DNA from: Sinorhizobium meliloti
Lineage (GTDB): Bacteria > Pseudomonadota > Alphaproteobacteria > Rhizobiales > Rhizobiaceae
Assembly: GCF_017876815.1 (NCBI RefSeq)
Contig: NZ_JAGIOS010000002.1
Coordinates: forward strand, 1,380,001-1,412,000
Length of the DNA stretch: 32,000 bases
Direction of reading: 5' to 3'
The notes below the pieces were generated by a model, which was given only the letters and a program-made list of their open reading frames with translations, searched no databases and had not been told where the DNA came from. Below are positions 1-7,241 of the stretch, piece by piece. The translations under genes were made by a program, and so were the position numbers. How positions within the stretch are numbered: position 1 is the first letter of the stretch; every line of letters begins with the position of its first letter.

Positions 1-344
1 CGCTTGAACCGCCTGTCAACGTGATACCGTTCTCGACTTGGGAGATATCGTTGCGCAGGAAGGTCCCGCTGCCGAGGATAGCCGAGTTGCTGTCACCGGA
101 GGAGCCTGGCCCTACGATATCGCTGTCCTGGATGGTGAAGTTGTTCGCGCCCTCGGCATCGACGCCCCAAGTCGAATCAAACGTGATCTCACTGTTTTTG
201 ATCACCACATCGTCAGCCATGACACGGAGGGGTCCGTTGATGATCATGCCATCGATCACGGTCCCGTTCTCTGTAATGGTCATCGGTCCGGTGTATTCTG
301 TCAGAGTTGTGCCGGCCGGAACGCCCGTATTCGTTGCATTAGGA
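1..344. repeat. Copy A of a 344-bp direct repeat (344 is a minimum, as it is cut by the window edge)
   Basis: Base-by-base comparison with 1672..2015 (offset 1671) finds one mismatch, T331 versus C2002. The ORF track also shows identical peptides for 21.. and 1692.. in two frames. Sequences diverge completely from 345 / 2016 onward. Confidence 0.95.
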
Positions 345-361
345 TATGTTGTTATTGTCAC
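1..361 (-). CDS. Right-handed parallel beta-helix protein, paralog A (5' part only; gene runs off the left window edge)
   Basis: The minus-strand frame is open from the window edge. It reads ...TITTYPNATNTGVPAGTTLTEYTGPMTITENGTVIDGMIINGPLRVMADDVVIKNSEITFDSTWGVDAEGANNFTIQDSDIVGPGSSGDSNSAILGSG..., which differs by one residue from the matching part of the 1295..2167 product. There is no in-frame ATG after the upstream stop (488-490). Candidate starts are GTG at 361 (preceded by GAGAAAGAAAGG) or GTG at 418. Confidence 0.6.
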   Translation of the reverse strand, partial: MTITTYPNATNTGVPAGTTLTEYTGPMTITENGTVIDGMIINGPLRVMADDVVIKNSEITFDSTWGVDAEGANNFTIQDSDIVGPGSSGDSNSAILGSGTFLRNDISQVENGITLTGGSS

Positions 362-1294
362 TTTCGAAGTACCTTTCTTTCTCGCCCCTACCCCTAAACT
401 GATTGGTGCTTGAAGCACCTTTGTGCGAGTTCGGCTAATACCTTCTTGATACGCCGAAAGCGGCTCTAGAGACGAAAAATGGCGCGTCTAGGGCAACAAT
501 AATTAACCATCTCCATGAGATAGGACCGTTTCGGATGCCACATTTCGGCCACAAGCCCGAATGGGATATATTAAATATGACTAATTATTTTAATGAAATT
601 AGTGCCATGTGTGCTGGTGGCGCACGTGCCGATGAGCACAAAAAGAAGCGTGGGCGAGAGGGTTGGTCACGCTTTTGTTGTGGACAAATAAAAAATTTTT
701 CTTCGCCAGGTCGATGATTTGGCAGTCCGGGAGCGATGTAACTGACGGATTGCCGCTCTCTCCGGCATGGGCGGGGAAGATCCGCGTGCCACGGCGGGCG
801 ACCTTATAGAGACAAACAAAGCCAAGGTCGTTTCAATGATCTCCTCGATCCGCACGAGGTGGCTCGGAAGGGAGCCGCGATTGGCTGTAGGGGTTTGGAG
901 TGTTGTCTGCTCGAAGGCGCCCGCCAATCATCTGCAATTGCCGAGCTACGCCATGCGGTTGGACACGACCAGGAGACAGATGGCACGCTTATTTAGGCCG
1001 GGAGATTCCACATGGCGAGCCATGCGCCGGGCAAACGGCTAGAGATCAACTTAGTGCCATCGGAAGTTTCCAATAGAGGAAGTCGTGGTTACCGCATCAG
1101 TGCAACAAGAACGGCGCGGCCGTTGGACAAGCCGCTCCGGAAAGCTTTTTTGACTACTGTACCGCGGGAAATTCGGATCCTCTGCCATTATCCAGATTGC
1201 CGACTAGGCAACGCTAGTGATTTGACATGCAATTGCGGATCTGCGGCAAATTTGGACGGATTGATCGTCGTCCAATCCGGAACGTCTCCGCCGC

Positions 1295-2167
1295 TTATCT
1301 CACCCGGTGAGGTCCCGCCGGAAGCTCGGTGTTGCCTGAAATTGTGGGGGAGGCGTTGTCTACTGAGTAGTAGCCGTACCCCCCCATCGAAAGGTGGTTG
1401 TCGGTGATGGAAACGTTCGTAATCGGACCGCCATTAGCTCTGCCGTCTACGTAGATGTCATACCCGGGAGTTCCGCCCAGAAAATTGTTGGTTACATTGA
1501 CGTCATTAATTGCCCCAAAATCGTTCTTGATGAACACAGCCGACGTGTCGCGCGCGAGGATGGTATTACCCTCGATCAGAACGCCGTCCTGGCCACCCTG
1601 CACCGAAATGCCGTCATAGTGCGGATCGGAAGCGCTGTCTTCGAGATCGTGGATGTAGTTCCCCTTCACCGCGCTTGAACCGCCTGTCAACGTGATACCG
1701 TTCTCGACTTGGGAGATATCGTTGCGCAGGAAGGTCCCGCTGCCGAGGATAGCCGAGTTGCTGTCACCGGAGGAGCCTGGCCCTACGATATCGCTGTCCT
1801 GGATGGTGAAGTTGTTCGCGCCCTCGGCATCGACGCCCCAAGTCGAATCAAACGTGATCTCACTGTTTTTGATCACCACATCGTCAGCCATGACACGGAG
1901 GGGTCCGTTGATGATCATGCCATCGATCACGGTCCCGTTCTCTGTAATGGTCATCGGTCCGGTGTATTCTGTCAGAGTTGTGCCGGCCGGAACGCCCGTA
2001 TCCGTTGCATTAGGAAAGGTGCTTGCCATCGCTAGCATCCCTTTCTCCCCACCCGCGAGGAGTTGGGGTGATATAGCGTTTGTCCTGGGATCTACAACGC
2101 CAGCTAAATAAGTGAGCGCTACCAGGGTATTGACTAATACGGTCACTGGCGCCTTCCGAATCAACAA
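1295..2167 (-). CDS. Right-handed parallel beta-helix repeat protein, paralog B (pectate-lyase-fold; candidate polysaccharide depolymerase or modifying enzyme)
   Basis: 290-codon ORF with periodic beta-helix-type repeats (VIKNSEITF, FTIQDSDIVG, FLRNDISQVENGITL, VKGNYIHDL, VLIEGNTILA, VFIKNDFG, VNVTNNFLGG, VSITDNHLS). The start is ambiguous. TTG 2167 has no SD. GTG 2146 follows GGAAGG and gives a hydrophobic N-terminus, TVLVNTLVALTYLAGVV. ATG 2038 follows GGGGAGAAAGGG and gives no signal peptide. Confidence 0.75.
   Translation of the reverse strand: MLIRKAPVTVLVNTLVALTYLAGVVDPRTNAISPQLLAGGEKGMLAMASTFPNATDTGVPAGTTLTEYTGPMTITENGTVIDGMIINGPLRVMADDVVIKNSEITFDSTWGVDAEGANNFTIQDSDIVGPGSSGDSNSAILGSGTFLRNDISQVENGITLTGGSSAVKGNYIHDLEDSASDPHYDGISVQGGQDGVLIEGNTILARDTSAVFIKNDFGAINDVNVTNNFLGGTPGYDIYVDGRANGGPITNVSITDNHLSMGGYGYYSVDNASPTISGNTELPAGPHRVR
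1672..2015. repeat. Copy B of the 344-bp direct repeat
   Basis: See copy A. This copy lies inside the 1295..2167 coding region. Confidence 0.95.
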
Positions 2168-2304
2168 AATTCAAAGACTATGTCCGTCCTGCCATAGGCA
2201 CGCCGAAATAACCTAGGTTGGGACGACCGCTCGATCTCGCGGATAAGCGGAGCTACTTCGATCGCTTCGGAACGCGTGCCGTATACAATCAGGACCTTGT
2301 GCAT
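2161..2304 (-). pseudogene. Stub of a UDP-N-acetylglucosamine 2-epimerase (WecB/MnaA/WbpI-like) gene; only about 30 N-terminal codons are recognisable
   Basis: MHKVLIVYGTRSEAIEVAPLIREIERS matches the conserved WecB N-terminus (K-V-L-x-V-F-GTRPEAIKMAPL). AAGGGA lies 6 nt upstream of ATG 2304. Similarity is lost after about residue 30 and the frame stops at 2161, whereas full-length enzymes are about 360-380 aa. Confidence 0.6.
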
Positions 2305-2374
2305 GCCGGATCCCTTTTCGTTTCCCTTGGTCTGCATCAACGTCGGCACGATGGGAGGCGCGGCCGCCGGCGCT

Positions 2375-3169
2375 TCAATAGCCGTACTTTTCTGGGCTGA
2401 ATCGGCACTTGTTCAAGACGACGCCGAGCACGTTGGTCCTCTCGGAGAGTTCCTGCTCGCAGACATCGACTTCATCCAGGGTGCTTTGCTCGGCTGCCGC
2501 GACGAGGATTGCGCAATCCACGTGGGGAAGGAATGCCAAGACGTCGTCATTGGAAAGCATAGGCGGCATGTCAAACAGGATGACGTGCGGACTCATCCGT
2601 TGACGCATTTCTTCAAGTACTCTCACCGTCTCGCGGCTTTGCAGAAGCTCCGCCGAAAACGATACCGTTTGCTTGTTGGCGCCGATCGCGAGATTGTTGC
2701 CATGACGCAGAAAGACATCGCTAATGTCGATCTCCCCCATTAAGAATCTCGCAAGGGGTTGGGGAGCCTCGATGCCGAGCGTGTTGGCGAGCTGCGGACG
2801 TTTAAGGTCGAGGTCGACCAAAATTGTGCGGCATTCTTTCTGATTGGCAAGACTGAAGGCCAGGTTCAGCGCTACAACAGTCTTGCCGCAGCCGGCCGTT
2901 GGAGACGTGATCCCAACGGTGGTCCAATTGTGCTGCGTTAACTCCTGCAGCAGCTTTGTTCGGATTATATCAAACGCCGCATGCGCCGGGTTCGGCCGGC
3001 TGGTAGTGGTGACAATACGATTGAGGGCAAGGCGTCGCGCATCGGTTCGCAATGGCGGCAACCGCTCCCAAATGGTTTCGGTTCCGGCACGCGGGCATGC
3101 GAGAAGCGTCTGCTCGCCCAGCAGTTCCGGCCTGGGAAGCTCCCGCTGGGATGCATCGTAATGTTCCAT
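2375..3169 (-). CDS. Stand-alone BY-kinase-like P-loop ATPase (CpsD/CapB/ExoP C-terminal-domain family)
   Basis: 264 aa. Walker A-like GITSPTAGCGKT, Walker A' ILVDLDLKRP and Walker B VILFDMPP are present. The C-terminus ends ...SPEKYGY, with only two Tyr. It lies immediately downstream of the chain-length-determinant gene on the same strand. Confidence 0.8.
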   Translation of the reverse strand: MEHYDASQRELPRPELLGEQTLLACPRAGTETIWERLPPLRTDARRLALNRIVTTTSRPNPAHAAFDIIRTKLLQELTQHNWTTVGITSPTAGCGKTVVALNLAFSLANQKECRTILVDLDLKRPQLANTLGIEAPQPLARFLMGEIDISDVFLRHGNNLAIGANKQTVSFSAELLQSRETVRVLEEMRQRMSPHVILFDMPPMLSNDDVLAFLPHVDCAILVAAAEQSTLDEVDVCEQELSERTNVLGVVLNKCRFSPEKYGY

Positions 3170-3217
3170 GTGTCACGCCTCTAAATCACATAGGGGGCTA
3201 ACCCGACGTTTCCGCCG

Positions 3218-4774
3218 CTAACCCATTGCGGCAAGCCACCCAAAGGCACTCTGGGCCATAACCGAGAGCGGCAAATAAAGGTAATGAATAGCAGTCAACA
3301 ATGCCGGAACAGCTGCTGCGGGAAGCACCGCTGCCACGGTCCTTCTGATGGCGAAGCGATTCTCCTCAGCCGTCGAAATATACGGGATGGTGGCAATCGG
3401 CTTGTGGCCAAGCATGCTCGCGAGCTCAACGGGTCTCCGAATCGTTCCGTTGAGAAACTCGAGCAAGGCGACGAACGCCACGGCAAGACCCACCCCACCG
3501 ACTGCGCCCATCAGCGCGATGCGAAAACGTTTTGGCGTCTCTGGAGACTCAGGAGGAGTCGCGCGTTCAAGGATGGAGAAGCGGCCCCCGTCGGACCGTT
3601 TCTCGATCTTTTCGCCCATCAATGCCTCCGCGCGCCTGGCGATTGCTGTATTGTATTGCGTCTGCAGATTGGCGCGGTTCCGCTCAAAGGAATTCAGAAC
3701 GGTTTCGCTGGCGGGGGTGGCAGTTATTGACTTCGTCAGAGCGCCAATGCTTTCCGTTATGGCAGCCCTCTCTCGCGCGATCGCTCGCAAGCGCTCGTCG
3801 ATGTAAGAAACCTGGAGGTCGAACGTGGAATGCCTCTTCTTCTTGCTCGATGCTTGGGCTTCCTGTGCTTGTCGACCTTGAAGTGTTTCCTGCAATGACG
3901 TGATCCGCCTGCGCAGTGCCAGGATGTTGGGGCTCGTTTCCGAAAAGATTGCAAGCTGATCGGCGAGCGCGCGGTTGAGCTGCAGGAGCATTTGCTGCTC
4001 CGGTGTCGCAGCTTCGCCATCGGGCAACTGGCCCGTCAACGCGTAACTTTCGGCCAGACTGCTCCGCTTACCGAGCAAATCGGATTCTTCGCGCTCCAGG
4101 GAGATCAGCCTCTCCTGACGGCTCGTTTGCTGGTTACGCCGAAACTCGAGACTGTCAGGCAGAGTGTCTGAGTTCTCGTTCTTGAACTTGAGAATTTCGG
4201 CTTCGATAAGGTTTAAATCCAAACCGAGCCTTGCGACCTCTTGATTGAAGAATTGCACTGTCTCGGCGGCGCGGCCGGTTCGCTGCTGCTGTTGCTTGAA
4301 CAAGATTAGGTCGACGAGTTCGTTGGCTACCTCTGCCGCCAGCACCGGCTCGGCTGCCGCGAATGCGACGCTGAACACCGAAGCGGTCGGCCCGCCATCG
4401 GGTGCACCCAATACGATCTCCTCGAAGGTGATGCGGGAGCGCATGTCGTTGACGATATCCTCGTCAGCCGGAGGCTCCTTGCTCGGCGCGTAGATTTCCA
4501 GTTTATCAGCCAGCTTGAGAAGATCGTTGCGTGTCGTGATCTCTTGCCGAATGATCTGCAATTGCTGAACAGCCTGTATCGCCACCGTGGATCGCGCAAG
4601 GTCCGCGGGGATCTGGGGTGCCTCCACCAGTATCTTAGCGCTCGCACGATAAACGGGCGGCAGTACGAATGCTACGGCCACGGCAATCGCCAAAACCGCG
4701 GCAGTTATCGCCGCCAGATAGGGCGATCTTCTCATGAGAATCGAAGTGTAGAAACGCACATCCGCGCCATTCAT
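3218..4774 (-). CDS. Polysaccharide co-polymerase / chain-length determinant (GumC/Wzz/ExoP N-terminal-domain family)
   Basis: 518 aa. The N-terminal TM (YLAAITAAVLAIAVAVAFVL) is followed by PPVYRASAKILVE, a Wzz motif. A long coiled-coil periplasmic region follows. The second TM (ALMGAVGGVGLAVAFVALLEFL) is followed by NGTIRRPVELASMLGHKPIATIPY, the linker that precedes the kinase domain in fused ExoP/Wzc proteins. Confidence 0.85.
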   Translation of the reverse strand: MNGADVRFYTSILMRRSPYLAAITAAVLAIAVAVAFVLPPVYRASAKILVEAPQIPADLARSTVAIQAVQQLQIIRQEITTRNDLLKLADKLEIYAPSKEPPADEDIVNDMRSRITFEEIVLGAPDGGPTASVFSVAFAAAEPVLAAEVANELVDLILFKQQQQRTGRAAETVQFFNQEVARLGLDLNLIEAEILKFKNENSDTLPDSLEFRRNQQTSRQERLISLEREESDLLGKRSSLAESYALTGQLPDGEAATPEQQMLLQLNRALADQLAIFSETSPNILALRRRITSLQETLQGRQAQEAQASSKKKRHSTFDLQVSYIDERLRAIARERAAITESIGALTKSITATPASETVLNSFERNRANLQTQYNTAIARRAEALMGEKIEKRSDGGRFSILERATPPESPETPKRFRIALMGAVGGVGLAVAFVALLEFLNGTIRRPVELASMLGHKPIATIPYISTAEENRFAIRRTVAAVLPAAAVPALLTAIHYLYLPLSVMAQSAFGWLAAMG

Positions 4775-5273
4775 CTTGAACAGACCTGAAATTGAAAAAT
4801 CGACCCTCTTCGCCTGATGCCCATTCTCAAGCCCTTGTGACTGCTGGGGTAGATCGTAATTGGTGGAGGGTCCTGCACCGCTCTTTGCCGGAGCTAGTTC
4901 TTTTGGCTAGGCAGGATGCCATCGTCATGCACCGGCTTCTGAGAGAGCCGACTGCTTTAGACATCGGCGTGACGTGCGCAGATGTGGCCGTCGAGCCGGT
5001 CTAGCCAATGGAGGGCGAATTGGCAGCCGCATCCCTCGAAAGGTGGAAGGACCGTGCCTCACGACTAAGTCGAATGAGGAAATGATCCGGTAAGGCTTAG
5101 CCGAAGCTCCTCCAAGTTTGAGAAGGCTCGAAACCTTCCAATCTTCGTGGGCGCGACCATGCTCTTCATTGGGGACCTGCGTCAGTCAGCATGTGCAGAA
5201 GCGGCGATGGTAGCCGTCGCTCGATGCAAAGAGTCCTCCTTGGTACGTCTTCGCTATCCGGGCGAGATTTTCA

Positions 5274-6204
5274 ATGCCTTCCATTCATGCTCCAGCGCAG
5301 CTGAGCGTCGTCATTCGTCATTCCGCACCTTCAACAAGCCCGACAATCTACTCTAGTGGCTGGCTGCGCTCGACGCACGGCGAGGAGAAGGCGTCCCATG
5401 CGACATCATCGTGGTGGACAATGACTCGTTCGAAGAACCCGGTGGCTGTGTGCTCACAAGTTGAAGGCGTCCGCCTGGAGCGCGAGCCCAATCCCGGGCC
5501 AGACCCGGCGCGCAATCGCGGCGCGTTGGTGGCCAAGGCGGAACTGCTCACTTTTGTCGATGCCGACTGCGTGGTCCAGTCAAGCTGGCCTCCATCTCAT
5601 GGACAGCTCCCCGATGTTGATCTGATCGCTGGAGGCATTTGAATTCTGATGACCGACCGGATCGGCCGGCCGCAAATCGAAGCCTTATGAAAGTATCTAT
5701 AGCTATCGCACCCGTCTTTTTGTCGAACGCCAAGGTTTCGCCGCAACCGGGGACATTGCAGTCCGCAGGCGCGTGTTGCGGGCGGTCGGCCCCACGGCGG
5801 AATTTCGACGATGGAAGACACGGATTGGGGGATGCGCGCGACGGCGCAAAGGCTATCGGTTGGTCTGTTTCCCCGGGGCCAAAGTAATAACGTCTTCATG
5901 CAAATCCTTCGGCGAGTTGGCACAGCGATGGGACCGACATGTCGCCCACGAATTTCGCAAACTCGGGACAGACTGGATGGCCAGGCTTCAATGGCTGATC
6001 ACATCCGCCCTCGTCGGCGCGTCGCCCCTCTGTGGGGCTCTGACCATCCTGCGCACGGATCGGCTGTCAGGTCTCCACAACCGATTGCTCGCCCTCAAAT
6101 GCCTCACGCGGGTGCGTCTCTATCGCGCCAGTTTGATGTTTTGCCTGGCACTTCATAGAGACACTGCAAGATTGTTCGGTACCCGGAAAATGCGGAAGTC
6201 CTGA
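5274..6204 (+). pseudogene. Family 2 glycosyltransferase pseudogene (several frameshifts and at least one in-frame stop)
   Basis: GT2 motifs are spread across all three frames. MPSIHAPAQLSVVI is in frame 0. FNKPDNLL-TAG-WLAALDARRGEGVPCDIIVVDNDS is in frame 2. VRLEREPNPGPDPARNRGALVAKAELLTFVDADC is in frame 0. YESIYSYRTRLFVERQGFAATGDIAVRRRVLRAVGP is in frame 1. EDTDWGMRA is in frame 0. KGYRLVCFPGAKV...FGELAQRWDRHVAHEF is in frame 1. A 7-bp tandem duplication, cgtcatt-cgtcatt (5309-5322), sits directly after the SVVI codons. Confidence 0.8.
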
Positions 6205-6429
6205 AGTCGATATCTAGCCTATTTAGGTCTTTCGATCTAGATCGAATTGTATAACATGAGTGTATTGAAGATCGTAGTCTATATTTTCTAATATTGCGCT
6301 CGGCGCAGGGAGACCGTGTTAGCGTGTATTACAATTACTTTTCTTTCAATCGATAGAAGTTCCGGCACGAATATAGGCGTGCAACGGGCGATGCCACCCC
6401 CTGCGCTTGTTGGCGGTTTTACCGCCTCC

Positions 6430-7125
6430 ATGGAGGGGCCCATGTCGCAAAATTCCAAACAACAATTGCACCGCATCGCCACAACTGGCGTATATGGCGG
6501 CGCGTCCACAACGTCGCGGCCGGTCTATGCCACATCGGTCAAACGCAGTTTCGATCTGTTGGTCACAACGGTGCTGGCGCCCTTTGCGCTGGCGATCGTT
6601 GGCATCCTCGCTCTGCTTATCTGCCTCGATGGTGGAAACGTCCTCTATTGCCAGCAGCGTCTCGGGAAGAACGGGAAGACCTTCAAGCTCTGGAAGCTTC
6701 GAACCATGGTGCCAAATGGGGATGAGCAACTGCGGGCATATCTCGAGGCAAACCCCGATGCCCGAACGGAGTGGGACAGCAACCAAAAACTGCGGGACGA
6801 CCCGCGCATCACCCACGTCGGGAAGTATCTGCGCAAGTATTCCTTCGACGAATTGCCGCAGCTTTGGAACGTATTTGTTGGTGATATGAGCCTCGTGGGT
6901 CCACGACCGATGATGCCGGACCAGCGGCAGTACTATCCTGGGACGGCTTATTTCACCATGCGTCCCGGAATAACGGGGCTCTGGCAGATCAGTGAACGCA
7001 ACGACTGCACATTTGCAGAGCGGGCGGTCCATGATAACCGCTATGCCGGAATCATGTCGTTCAGCCTGGATCTGTGGATCCTCTCGAAGACACCTGCTGT
7101 GGTGCTTCAGGGAACAGGCGTGTAA
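6430..7125 (+). CDS. Undecaprenyl-phosphate sugar phosphotransferase (bacterial sugar transferase, ExoY/PssA/WbaP C-terminal-domain family); priming enzyme
   Basis: KRSFDLLV..., one TM, then KFRTM-like LWKLRTM, DDPRIT, FDELPQLWNVFVGDMSLVGPRP and RPGITGLWQISERND. The maximal ORF starts at 6316. Likely starts are ATG 6430 or ATG 6442, the latter preceded by GGAGGGG. Confidence 0.9.
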   Translation: MEGPMSQNSKQQLHRIATTGVYGGASTTSRPVYATSVKRSFDLLVTTVLAPFALAIVGILALLICLDGGNVLYCQQRLGKNGKTFKLWKLRTMVPNGDEQLRAYLEANPDARTEWDSNQKLRDDPRITHVGKYLRKYSFDELPQLWNVFVGDMSLVGPRPMMPDQRQYYPGTAYFTMRPGITGLWQISERNDCTFAERAVHDNRYAGIMSFSLDLWILSKTPAVVLQGTGV

Positions 7126-7196
7126 GCGGCATTTTACCTCTGCGGACGGCGGTGACTATCGGAGTTGGCGTAGTCAGTTTGTCGGGCGCTGATGGT

Positions 7197-7223
7197 TGGG
7201 CAATATCCTCCATATGCCCATTT
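7197..7223. terminator. Candidate hairpin between convergent genes
   Basis: TGGGCA (7197-7202) pairs with TGCCCA (7215-7220), with 3 further A-T pairs after a one-base bulge, followed by TTT. It lies between the stops at 7125 (+) and 7242 (-). The stem is short and the U-tract weak. Confidence 0.25.
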
Positions 7224-7241
7224 GCGTTCGAATGACGAAAT

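Noticed and set aside
535-1407. Small ORFs (60-131 aa) in the spacer between the beta-helix paralogs
   Set aside because: They overlap one another on both strands and have no SD sequences or recognisable motifs. Their composition is typical of random frames. The spacer is treated as non-coding or degraded DNA.
7216-7226. 11-mer GCCCATTTGCG, shared by two convergent intergenic gaps (7216-7226 and 16219-16229)
   Set aside because: A single recurrence of an 11-mer in a 32-kb GC-biased window is within chance expectation. The flanking bases do not extend the match convincingly, and only the first copy forms a hairpin.
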